A stretch of 63,187 nt of DNA, filler included, from Octopus bimaculoides (Eukaryota): assembly GCF_001194135.2 (NCBI RefSeq). It is 5 parts of 5 records of this genome, joined end to end, with 100 filler letters (N's around TTAATTAATTAA, not from the genome) between each part and the next. Parts side by side here need not be neighbours in the genome. Positions count along the whole stretch, not along the records: positions 44,661 to 53,579 come from NC_068984.1; positions 53,680 to 63,187 come from NC_068981.1; 3 more parts are not named here. One strand, 5' to 3'. The notes beneath the pieces were generated by a model that was given only the letters and a program-made list of their open reading frames with translations, had not been told where the DNA came from and did not search any database. The position numbers and the translations under genes were made by a program. Below, piece after piece: positions 48,292 through 59,137 of the stretch. Positions within the stretch are counted from its first letter, which is position 1. Each line of letters begins with the position of its first letter.

Positions 48292-49890
48292 ATTTCTTTA
48301 TTTGGCACATAGGCCATGATAAAGAGGGGGCAGCACAAGAACAGACAAAACACCACAGTGGGGACAAAAAACATAAGACGAATGAATGAGAGATGGATAA
48401 TAATTAGCTGTCTTAATAAAGTTTTTATATCATTTTTTCCTTCTTTTTTCCCCGTTTTTTTTTCCTCTTAGTATCGTATGTGTAGTCTTTAAAAATTGTT
48501 TAAGCTTATTCACGCTTTACCATTTTATATATGGCAACAAGTCGTCGTAATCTATAACTGGCGGTATGTCATCAAACTCTACCCTCACTCCCATTGGGTC
48601 CACCTTGTTTCCAAACCATTTCTTTAATTTTTCGTATCTGCCTTTGACTATTACTATAGCTTTTGTACTTTCTGTGTAATGTTCCATTGGTAATTTAACT
48701 CCTATCACCGATTTAAATTTGGTGATTCTCCTTTCTATATCTGTGTTTTTTGTATATGTTACCATATGCCATTTGTTTTTTCCGGGTCTTTTGTCTGTTC
48801 GTTACTGCGGTGGAATTTGGTTGTCTGTGATGGTTTCCTTTTCTTTTCTTTTTCTTTTGGTTACCTCCATAAATGGCTCTTCCACTTTCGTGCATTTTTC
48901 ATTTTCTAGGTTCGCCACTTCGGCATTCTGCTACTGTAGGCTTCCCTCGTTTTTATTTTCTCTCTGGAGACACTTTATTCTAATGTCCTTTTTCGCCGCA
49001 TTGATAGCAAGTTGTTGGCCTTCCTTCTACCACTACTATCAACCTTATGTCATCCGGTAGTGTTATTTCTTCAGCAATTTCATTTAGATCTTATTGCCCG
49101 ACTTGGATGACCATTTCTAGTCCGTATCCCCAATAATTTACTTTCTTTGTCCTTGTCACCTTTAGAATTTTGGCGTCTTCCTCAGTTTTGTGCATTACGG
49201 CTGCCCCCAGCCACGTTTCTTTGATTTCTGGTGGTACTCTACCTATTCTCACTCTGGCGACCATTTTGCCGCATGGGTAGGTAGGAGTACCCATTTTTCT
49301 GTCTTCAGCGTCTCAGTGGAGTGATTTATTGCCTCCTGTTCGTTGGCAAATCTCACCTCCACTGTGCCGTATAGAATGTTGCCAGGTGCTTAATTTCCTT
49401 CAGACATTCTTCAATTGTTTCTTCTGTGGCTATCTCTATTTTATTTGTGGTTGGCGATATAGTTCTATACACCACTGTTCATTTCTTGGTACTTGCTGCC
49501 ACCTCTTGTGGTGGGGTCAGCTTTAAACTGGATTCCTCTTTCTGAATCAGCTTGTAGTGTTCCTTCAGCTTCTTCTGTTCATTTTTTTATTTCTCGCACT
49601 TCTAGCGATTCGGCATATGCTGAAACTGGTTCACACTCCATTTTTTTCTTTTTTTCAGTTACTTCGTCCCAAAATGGGGAAGAAGACAAATACAAAATTT
49701 AACAGGCCCGCAGGCAAAAACAGCAACAGTATTTAACAAATTCAACAAAACATGGTTCACCCGCGCGAGGAGAACCTTCAACAAAGATACAACAAAGTTT
49801 AACACGACTTACGTCAACCGGAATCAAAAATGATTTAAAACCAACAAAATACCTCGCGGACTGACCCTGCTTGGTGTATTTGTCCACTAT
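48292..49890 (-). mobile_element. Apparently full-length ORF1-only LINE-like element A (~1.6 kb)
   Basis: T/G-rich 5' UTR (~49642-49890), ORF1 49641-48517, ~220-nt 3' UTR ending GCCAAATAAAGAAAT; no ORF2 between the stop and the poly(A) signal. Confidence 0.75.
48517..49641 (-). pseudogene. Gag-like ORF1 with CX2CX4HX4C zinc knuckle (disabled by stops and frameshifts)
   Basis: MECEPVSAY...YGTVEVRF...ARVRIGRVPPEI...VNYWGYG...VVVEGRPTTCYQCGEKGH(IRIK)C...YTKNTDIERRITK...PPVIDYDDLLPYIKW*. Confidence 0.8.
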
Positions 49891-50514
49891 TTATCAGTTG
49901 TGGAAAAGTTCACTTCTCAGTTGGAGGTATCCGCCACAACAATTAAAAACGTGAAAACCATACTATGTTTTAACTTTATTCAACTAATANNNNNNNNNNN
50001 NNNNNNNNNNNNNNNNNNNNNNNNNNNNNNNNNNNNNNNNNNNNNNNNNNNNNNNNNNNNNNNNNNNNNNNNNNNNNNNNNNNNNNNNNNNNNNNNNNNN
50101 NNNNNNNNNNNNNNNNNNNNNNNNNNNNNNNNNNNNNNNNNNNNNNNNNNNNNNNNNNNNNNNNNNNNNNNNNNNNNNNNNNNNNNNNNNNNNNNNNNNN
50201 NNNNNNNNNNNNNNNNNNNNNNNNNNNNNNNNNNNNNNNNNNNNNNNNNNNNNNNNNNNNNNNNNNNNNNNNNNNNNNNNNNNNNNNNNNNNNNNNNNNN
50301 NNNNNNNNNNNNNNNNNNNNNNNNNNNNNNNNNNNNNNNNNNNNNNNNNNNNNNNNNNNNNNNNNNNNNNNNNNNNNNNNNNNNNNNNNNNNNNNNNNNN
50401 NNNNNNNNNNNNNNNNNNNNNNNNNNNNNNNNNNNNNNNNNNNNNNNNNNNNNNNNNNNNNNNNNNNNNNNNNNNNNNNNNNNNNNNNNNNNNNNNNNNN
50501 NNNNNNNNNNNNNN

Positions 50515-51351
50515 GGCAGCAATTATCTACAACTGAAGGAGAACGTGGAAATAATTAAAGTCGAGAAGTCAAGAGACATCAACTGGTGGAATTATGGTGT
50601 AGAAGCCGTAATACACATAACCCTGTCAGATTTGCATAATATTGCGGAGGAGTTGGTGCTCCCCGACGAGACCCGACTGAGATTCGTGGTGGAGGGGAGA
50701 CCACCAGTGTGTTACAGATGTAAAAGCAGGGGACATATGCAAACAAAGTGTCCCCTAAGAGAATTACAGGTCGAGGAGATGGAAACACGCAACGACGCAG
50801 CGAGAGAGGAAGAAAAAGAGGAAGAGAGAAGGGAAGAAGTAATGGTAGATAGAAAAAGAACAAGGGTGGAGTCACCACCAAAAAGCTCAAAAAAGAGAAA
50901 AGCGGGTAAAGAAGAAAAAAAGACAACAGAAGAAAGTGCAGAGATTCGATCGCAGGAACCGGAGTCAGTAGCAAGGAGAGAGGAAGATAAAGCTAAAAGA
51001 GCGAAAGTTGGAGAATGTATGAGAAGAGTAGAAAAGAGAGTAGTTGAGGTAAAGCAAACAGGACGACCATCGGGAAAGAATTTAAGAACTTTGATATTTT
51101 ATAATAAAGACATGGAAATAGAAAAAAGATTAACGAAAACAAAATGCTTGATAAGAGTGAAGTTAGAAACGGACATGTTCGACTCAAGTCACAGAGCAGC
51201 TTTGGTGGAAGCAGACAGAATGGAAAGGCTCGTTGAGTTGTTCAAAGAGCAGATCAAAACAAGTAAGATATATGTTCGATACGAGAATTTGCCCAATGTA
51301 ATTGAAATAGAGGATTTGATAGAACACATAACAGATGAAAACTGTTTATAA
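50515..51351 (+). CDS. Gag-like ORF1 (element B), 5' part in N gap; CCHC zinc knuckle, charged linker, conserved C-terminal domain
   Basis: Uninterrupted 278-codon frame after the gap: INWWNYGVEAVI...RFVVEGRPPVCYRCKSRGHMQTKCP...YNKDMEIEKRLTK...LPNVIEIEDLIEHI; homologous to element A at protein level. Confidence 0.8.
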   Translation, partial: GSNYLQLKENVEIIKVEKSRDINWWNYGVEAVIHITLSDLHNIAEELVLPDETRLRFVVEGRPPVCYRCKSRGHMQTKCPLRELQVEEMETRNDAAREEEKEEERREEVMVDRKRTRVESPPKSSKKRKAGKEEKKTTEESAEIRSQEPESVARREEDKAKRAKVGECMRRVEKRVVEVKQTGRPSGKNLRTLIFYNKDMEIEKRLTKTKCLIRVKLETDMFDSSHRAALVEADRMERLVELFKEQIKTSKIYVRYENLPNVIEIEDLIEHITDENCL

Positions 51352-51535
51352 ACTGTTTTAAAGAACTGTAAAATGAAACTGCGAGCTTTGCGGGGCTCGT
51401 AAGCCATTCCACTTCTTCATTGTAGATATCCCATTTTAAATTCATCATTCGTTATATGTACCCCACGTTTTGTATTGTCTGTCCTTATAATGTCCATTCT
51501 TTGTTTCAGGCCACATGCCTATAATAAAGAGAGAA
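51352..51535 (+). mobile_element. 3' UTR of element B with Tx1-type terminal motif and AATAAA
   Basis: TTGTCTGTCCTTATAATGTCCATTCTTTGTTTCAGGCCACATGCCTATAATAAAGAG; AATAAA at 51523-51528. Confidence 0.7.
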
Positions 51536-51547
51536 AAGTCATGCTAC

Positions 51548-51590
51548 TCCAGGCTGATGACGAGCAAAAACTCAGAAACATGTCCCTGGA
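51548..51590 (+). ncRNA. Minimal type-I hammerhead ribozyme motif
   Basis: Helix I TCCAGG/CCTGGA, core CTGATGA, helix II GAG/CTC (closing C-A mismatch), GAA, palindromic helix III ACATGT, GUC cleavage triplet at 51582-51584. Confidence 0.75.
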
Positions 51591-51768
51591 TGCAGGCTTG
51601 GCTGGGTGAAAGTGCTTGTCTCCCCCTCGTAAACATAAGGACACAGGAAATGTGTCAAGGCCGACAGGAAGCGGTGCAGCTTCCTAGGGCTAAATAGCAG
51701 TTGTATGATTCCCTTCTTGAGACTGTCACGTTAAGTTGACAGCATACAACTACTTTATATATATGTGT

Positions 51769-51811
<43 letters not shown>

Positions 51812-52034
51812 TGTGTGTGTGTGTGTATGCATGTGTATATGTATATATNNNNNNNNNNNNNNNNNNNNNNNNNNNNNNNNNNNNNNNNNNNNNNNNNNNN
51901 NNNNNNNNNNNNNNNNNNNNNNNNNNNNNNNNNNNNNNNNNNNNNNNNNNNNNNNNNNNNNNNNNNNNNNNNNNNNNNNNNNNNNNNNNNNNNNNNNNNN
52001 NNNNNNNNNNNNNNNNNNNNNNNNNNNNNNNNNN

Positions 52035-52068
<34 letters not shown>

Positions 52069-52204
52069 GTATGTATGTATGCATGTATATATATCTATGT
52101 GTGTGTATGTGTATGTGTGTGTGTGTTCGTGCGTGCGTGTGTTCGTATTTGTGTGCATGTGTGTGTGGCGTGTCTACGTATGTTGTAAATGTGTGTATGT
52201 ATGC

Positions 52205-52665
52205 TTTTCTCTCTTTTTAATTATTTGAATTGTCCATACAAAGAAGTTGAATTTTGTAACGAAGAAGCATGTTAACAAAATTCATTGGTGCCATATGTAG
52301 AATTTTAGGTAAATGTTTACTGTTCCGCTTACGATCATTTTTTTCTTTTCCCTGCAATTCCTAGCCTTTTCAGGATGTTACCTAAGCATTTATTTGCATA
52401 GCCAAGTGCACCAATAACTATTGGCCTAAATGTGAAATTATAATCAAAACAGAGAATCGGAACACTTCGAAGTAGTCGTTCATAAATATTCTCCTTCTCA
52501 CTGACTATATACATGATTTTTTCTTTCGTGAATATTATTTTAGCGACATAATGCTGCAATGGGATGTAGTAACTTGATGGCATTTTTGACGTGTAACATC
52601 TTCCAGACCTCATTTGGCAACAATTGCACCCCAAGACTCCCTCAACATAACCAGACACATTTGCT
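52205..52665 (-). pseudogene. Second, more diverged R4/Dong-like LINE 3' end
   Basis: ORF 52335..52658 KMPSSYYIPLQHYVAK...SEKENIYERLLR...RPIVIGALGY...CL..ILKRLG aligns with the 9075-10115 copy. Confidence 0.75.
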
Positions 52666-53579
52666 TATTTTAACTTCTTCGACCACCGGACGACCATAAC
52701 AGCTACATTAGACAACATTCCTGGCACCCCTGCAGTAAACATTCATCATCATAACTGATGAATACACAGGCAGCTGCTACAACTTGTAGCAACCCAAAAT
52801 GACGACACCAAAGCTTTTACTTTTCAATGGATCAATATTCTATCAATTTGTTTAAACTTGCACTTTCTCATTCTTGTCATTCTTGGCTCGTAAGTCTCAG
52901 ACTTTTCACTCTTTGTTCCGAAACACAGGGGAAATCCTCTCCTTTTTACTTGAAATTGTTTTACCCCCATCATACCGTTCCTGACAGACACAATCCTGCT
53001 CTTTGTTGCTTTAAACCGTTTCCAAGACCAATAAATCAGTTCCTCATTTCTTTCTCAAAGCTTCAAATTGTTCACATAAGTGACAATCATCTAAAATGCA
53101 TCGCAATAAAATGAGTCAGACCTCTATCCCCATCACAAATATTCTTTGTGACGATAATTATGTGTTCAATAAAGATGGACTCCCAGGTCGGGCTTTCCTA
53201 CAAATGTCATTTTATATTGTTTTAGAAATACGATATTTTTGGACAGCTACTGATCATGTGTCTAATACCTTTCAGAGAAATGAGGCAGACACAAACGACA
53301 TTTCGGTCACATCTCAGGATTCTAAGAATTTCATAGCTTCTTTTGTTCATTAGTTATTTTTGTTGTTATCCTTGCTCTTGAGTTGCAAAGAACAACATTC
53401 GAAATGTAACGTAATATATGCATGCTTGCATGCATGTACGTATCTATGTATATGTGTATGTATGGCCATATGGATGTATATGTATGTGCGTGGGAGAGGG
53501 GGAAAATGTCAGCCCCAACCTGTAATTCGTAACAATACATTCTGATTCTCAACCTGAAATATATATATATATATATATA

Positions 53580-53679
53580 NNNNNNNNNNNNNNNNNNNNN
53601 NNNNNNNNNNNNNNNNNNNNNNNTTAATTAATTAANNNNNNNNNNNNNNNNNNNNNNNNNNNNNNNNNNNNNNNNNNNN
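53580..53679. other. Artificial 100-bp assembly spacer
   Basis: 44 N + TTAATTAATTAA + 44 N. Confidence 0.97.
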
Positions 53680-54286
53680 ATATATATATATATATATTTA
53701 GCTGTATATATATATATATTGTTTTTGTAATTTTCCATAGAGTCATGAAAACCTGTGTATTGAAACAGATATTTCAGGTGGGTCATACGTCCAATATAGA
53801 AACCAGCACTGTTTGCAGAACAATGCAGTCTTATTTCTTATTATCAAATGGATAATTAGTTAATTAACAATAAAAATCGAATCAGATTTAGTCCGTGTAT
53901 TATACACACACACGCACACGCACACGCACACACACCATACGTAAATACATTTATACAGAATGTATATATATATATACGTATATATTTACACGTGTTTAAA
54001 GTGTTTATTATATAAATAAATAAATAAATGAATAAATATATATGCATGCATGTATCCACAGTACATATACAAATGGTCGCACTTATATACAAGCGCTTTC
54101 ACTCAGCACCAATTGCAGCTCCGACCGCTTGGTCTGTATGGGAGAGCACAAACAACAATTATTTTGGTGAGATGAACGAACTAGATTTATCTTCTATATA
54201 AGTGTGAACATTTGTATATGCACTGTGGATGCATTGTGTTCGCATGGTGTGTATATATGTTTATAATTATGTACTTTCAGTTATAT

Positions 54287-54341
54287 CATACTGAGGACGG
54301 TAAAGTGGTATTACATTCCTAATCCAGACATCGATCTATGG
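54287..54341 (+). ncRNA. Degenerate minimal type-I hammerhead-like motif
   Basis: CATA/TATG helix I, CTGAGGA, GG/CC helix II base, GAC (for GAA), palindrome ATCGAT, AUC triplet. Confidence 0.4.
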
Positions 54342-54506
54342 CTAAACTTTTTAAAATAGTCTTTTTTGTTCATTCCCTCGCTTTCAGCCCGTGTTTATGT
54401 AATAAATAATGTAGTCTTAGAGTCATTTGGCACCTACTTCTAGCCTGTGGCATTACTTAGTAGTTGCTCTTATAATTTATAACTATATTTATAAAATCAA
54501 ATACTT

Positions 54507-54561
<55 letters not shown>

Positions 54562-56012
54562 NNNNNNNNNNNNNNNNNNNNNNNNNNNNNNNNNNNNNNN
54601 NNNNNNNNNNNNNNNNNNNNNNNNNNNNNNNNNNNNNNNNNNNNNNNNNNNNNNNNNNNNNNNNNNNNNNNNNNNNNNNNNNNNNNNNNNNNNNNNNNNN
54701 NNNNNNNNNNNNNNNNNNNNNNNNNNNNNNNNNNNNNNNNNNNNNNNNNNNNNNNNNTATATATATATATATATAACAGACGACAATAAAAAGCATACGG
54801 ACAGATGGACGATACAAAGATGGACAGGAAAACCAGGACGGAACATTCGTGGCTTTCTATTCTTGACCAAGAAGTAGAATATCCGTATTCGTCCCTTTCA
54901 CCGCATAAGTAGGAGCTGTAATTTTTGATGGGTCGAAGTGCTGAAAATACAATATTTTAAATCTAACTTGAGAAACGTAACGAGTTTTTCATCCGCTGCT
55001 CTCACTAATTTAACAAGATATTTTAAAATTTTCTACATAATTAACTTACATAATTAACTTAGCTAAGTATAAATACGATTAATACCTGCATTTTCTTATT
55101 ATGGATTCTCGCTCTTTCTTCTCACATTATTTATAATGCAATATGCCAAAAAATCTTTTTCTAATTTTTCTGTAATCTAAACCTTAACTATTTAATGGAA
55201 TTAAATTCAGTTTAATAATATTTAATTTTATTTTAATTGGATTCACTTTGACAGTAGTAAACCTAATACTTGTTGTTTAGATTATTAAGAAGGATAATTA
55301 ACTGATAAATTTTACCTACATTTATTCGAAAGCCGTTGAACATCCCTCTTTCTCTCGTTTAATTCCTATCAAATACTATAATTGCATTGATTTGTTACCA
55401 AATCTAGTTTAGTTGGTAGTGATTTCCTTGTGCTCACTGCTATACATGATGACAACTTGACTGCCCAGAACTGCGAATTGGGCGAATAAGCAATAAATCA
55501 AAGAAAATAATTTGGTATGGCAGTTATCTTCAATACAACTTCGAAAATCTACCATAAAAATTTTAATGGCCGAGAGTTAACTTTTCCATTGAGTAATCGA
55601 TTAAATTAATTGACTGAAGAACTGTACAATGCTATACACCATTAATCAGTTCCTCTAGCCATTTAAAACACTCGTAAAACTAAAAAGAGTTATGCAAAAA
55701 TAAGATGTCCGTTTCTCCATTTTTAAAATTGAACTGTGCTATCAATGCTCAATTACTATTGAACTGTGCGATTAATGCCCAACCAATCGATCGGTGAATA
55801 ACCTTGGATTTACAGTTTCTTTTTATGGATCGCCCTGCTGATTTAACCTATAATGTTTTATAAATTCTTCACTTAAGATTTTGGTAGTCAGGTCTTTTCG
55901 TATGAAGTTCAGACTGAGCTCTTCACTTAGATTTATTCAATCACTATTTTCCTTCAACGCTTTTTCTTATAGGTCGACGAGATTAGTTGAGCTTTACCCT
56001 AGGCGCGGTAAG

Positions 56013-56072
56013 AGCCACTGATGAGAATTAAGATGCTTTGCATCAAAATTCGAAATCACTGGTGATGTGGCT
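56013..56072 (+). ncRNA. Type-I hammerhead ribozyme fold with non-permissive G at the cleavage position
   Basis: Helix I AGCCA/TGGCT, CTGATGA, helix II GAATT/AATTC + AA/AA loop + GATGC/GCATC, GAA, helix III ATCAC/GTGAT; position 17 is G (56067). Confidence 0.72.
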
Positions 56073-57361
56073 GTGTCTGCGACAGGAGGGTGCTTTGCCT
56101 CCCTTGTCAATTTATTAAGATAATGCTCTTATAGCTAATGTGTCCTTTTGACTCTTATTTCTAGCAATGCCGGTACCACTATGTACCCTCTGTCACTTTA
56201 ATGACGTCTATAAATTTGCATATAGGCTGTTAAATTGCTAATAAGCCACCCTGAGTATGTAAACGGATTGGCTGATTGATTCCCTGGCACTGGTCAAAAT
56301 CATATGGACGCCTCTGATGAAAATTCAATAAGATTAAAAAATCGATAAAGATTGTTCGTTATAATTTCAATATAGAGAGAAATTGCTAAGTTAGAAGTAA
56401 GACCAGTTCATAAATCTGTCATATATGTTACATACAAATACAGTAAAGATGTATGTAAGTATATATATATATATATATATATATATATNNNNNNNNNNNN
56501 NNNNNNNNNNNNNNNNNNNNNNNNNNNNNNNNNNNNNNNNNNNNNNNNNNNNNNNNNNNNNNNNNNNNNNNNNNNNNNNNNNNNNNNNNNNNNNNNNNNN
56601 NNNNNNNNNNNNNNNNNNNNNNNNNNNNNNNNNNNNNNNNNNNNNNNNNNNNNNNNNNNNNNNNNNNNNNNNNNNNNNNNNNNNNNNNNNNNNNNNNNNN
56701 NNNNNNNNNNNNNNNNNNNNNNNNNNNNNNNNNNNNNNNNNNNNNNNNNNNNNNNNNNNNNNNNNNNNNNNNNNNNNNNNNNNNNNNNNNNNNNNNNNNN
56801 NNNNNNNNNNNNNNNNNNNNNNNNNNNNNNNNNNNNNNNNNNNNNNNNNNNNNNNNNNNNNNNNNNNNNNNNNNNNNNNNNNNNNNNNNNNNNNNNNNNN
56901 NNNNNNNNNNNNNNNNNNNNNNNNNNNNNNNNNNNNNNNNNNNNNNNNNNNNNNNNNNNNNNNNNNNNNNNNNNNNNNNNNNNNNNNNNNNNNNNNNNNN
57001 NNNNNNNNNNNNNNNNNNNNNNNNNNNNNNNNNNNNNNNNNNNNNNNNNNNNNNNNNNNNNNNNNNNNNNNNNNNNNNNNNNNNNNNNNNNNNNNNNNNN
57101 NNNNNNNNNNNNNNNNNNNNNNNNNNNNNNNNNNNNNNNNNNNNNNNNNNNNNNNNNNNNNNNNNNNNNNNNNNNNNNNNNNNNNNNNNNNNNNNNNNNN
57201 NNNNNNNNNNNNNNNNNNNNNNNNNNNNNNNNNNNNNNNNNNNNNNNNNNNNNNNNNNNNNNNNNNNNNNNNNNNNNNNNNNNNNNNNNNNNNNNNNNNN
57301 NNNNNNNNNNNNNNNNNNNNNNNNNNNNNNNNNNNNNNNNNNNNNNNNNNNNNNNNNNNNN

Positions 57362-57390
<29 letters not shown>

Positions 57391-57393
<3 letters not shown>

Positions 57394-57465
57394 GACCGGC
57401 TTCTTTCAGTTTCCGTCTACCAAACCGAAGCTTCGTACCACACAGCCACGCCTGTGCCTACACTC
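57391..57465 (-). mobile_element. SINE family B with large internal deletion
   Basis: GGCTTCTTTCAGTTTCCGTCTACCAAA joined to ACCACACAGCCACGCC. Confidence 0.7.
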
Positions 57466-57911
57466 ATACGCACACACAGACACAGACACAGACACACACA
57501 TATTGTCACAATGAGGATATTCCAACCACTTATAGGGATATTTATCGATGAAACAAATGGTTTAATATATTAAATGTTGAAGAGAAAGTCCTTCAATAAA
57601 TATATTAATAGAACATCGTAAGATATGAGACATTTTTATTGTGTTAAACAGAGAGATCTAATGGATAAAATTAATTTATTAATTAATCAACATATTGATC
57701 AACAATTGTTTCATTTCTCAAATAAGATTCAAATTACAAAGCATATAAAAAACATACTTTCGCATTTTAAGTACCTTAAAGGGAAAATCGTCAGGGTTTT
57801 CAGAGGACAATAAGGATTACATTAGGAGATTATATACATATATCAATAATGATATAAAGGGGTGGTATGTTGTCAAATTAATGTGACAGCGCCATGAAAG
57901 GGAAAAATACT

Positions 57912-58042
57912 ACTGCCGACGTCGACTTTACCTTTCATCATTTCGGAGTCGGTAAAGTAAGTACCAGTTAAGCACTGTGGGCGATGTAATCGACTAGTCC
58001 CCTCCTCCAAATTTCAGTCCTTGTGCATTTAAGTAGAAAGGG
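57912..58042 (+). mobile_element. SINE family A, 3' half
   Basis: GTCGACTTTACCTTTCATCATTTCGG...TAAGTACCAGTT. Confidence 0.8.
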
Positions 58043-58065
58043 TTACCAACCACCAATAGCACTAT

Positions 58066-58160
58066 CGTCATTCTCATCATCGTCGTCGTCATCATCAACA
58101 TCATCATCATCATCATCATCATCATCGTCATCGACATCGTCGTCATCGTCGTCATCGTCG

Positions 58161-58193
<33 letters not shown>

Positions 58194-58242
58194 CCATCAT
58201 CATCGTCATGGACATCATCGTCGTCGTCGTCATCATCATCAA

Positions 58243-58276
<34 letters not shown>

Positions 58277-58302
58277 TTCATCATCATCATCATCATCATC
58301 AA
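58066..58302. repeat. Compound (TCA)/(TCG) trinucleotide microsatellite
   Basis: Read directly; source of the poly-S/poly-M/poly-I ORFs. Confidence 0.95.
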
Positions 58303-58751
58303 CAGTAGCAATTTTAGCAACATCAGCGGCACGAAGTTCAAGGCCATCCTGCAGTTACTCTTGCCTTACCCACCCACTTTCTCTCTTTCCTTACCAATGT
58401 TAACCCTTCTTCTCCCTTTACCCCACAATAAACTTAACCTCCATTTCGGCGCCAACAATTCCGAAGAGTAAAAGAATTGCACTGTTTATGTCTGTGGTTC
58501 CTTCTCTTGTGTTTTGTCTTCATTTCTCAAATCCTGGGACCCTTCTGTGGCACAGGAAAGGAGAAAGTAATGGAAGCAGCCGGGTGGGGGCGAGGAGGGT
58601 GTCAAAACATCCCTCACAATTGGTGAACTATCAAAGAAGTCTTCGAGTGAAAAGAAGAAAATAAGTAACAGTACCGCGTTTGAGAACACACCGCCTCCCC
58701 TTCCCCCTTCCCAAACAATAACACCATTGTCATCTTCATATACCTATTATC

Positions 58752-58754
<3 letters not shown>

Positions 58755-58796
<42 letters not shown>

Positions 58797-58797
58797 G

Positions 58798-58847
<50 letters not shown>
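58755..58847. repeat. (TCTG)n(TC)n microsatellite
   Basis: Read directly. Confidence 0.95.
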
Positions 58848-59102
58848 NNNNNNNNNNNNNNNNNNNNNNNNNNNNNNNNNNNNNNNNNNNNNNNNNNNNN
58901 NNNNNNNNNNNNNNNNNNNNNNNNNNNNNNNNNNNNNNNNNNNNNNNNNNNNNNNNNNNNNNNNNNNNNNNNNNNNNNNNNNNNNNNNNNNNNNNNNNNN
59001 NNNNNNNNNNNNNNNNNNNNNNNNNNNNNNNNNNNNNNNNNNNNNNNNNNNNNNNNNNNNNNNNNNNNNNNNNNNNNNNNNNNNNNNNNNNNNNNNNNNN
59101 NN

Positions 59103-59137
<35 letters not shown>

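Noticed and set aside
49900-50514. N-terminal part of the 483-aa ORF 49900..51351
   Set aside because: Frame continuity is created by 525 N; only 50515-51351 is supported
57994-58471. Poly-Met, poly-Ser and poly-Ile ORFs
   Set aside because: Translations of the (TCA/TCG)n microsatellite
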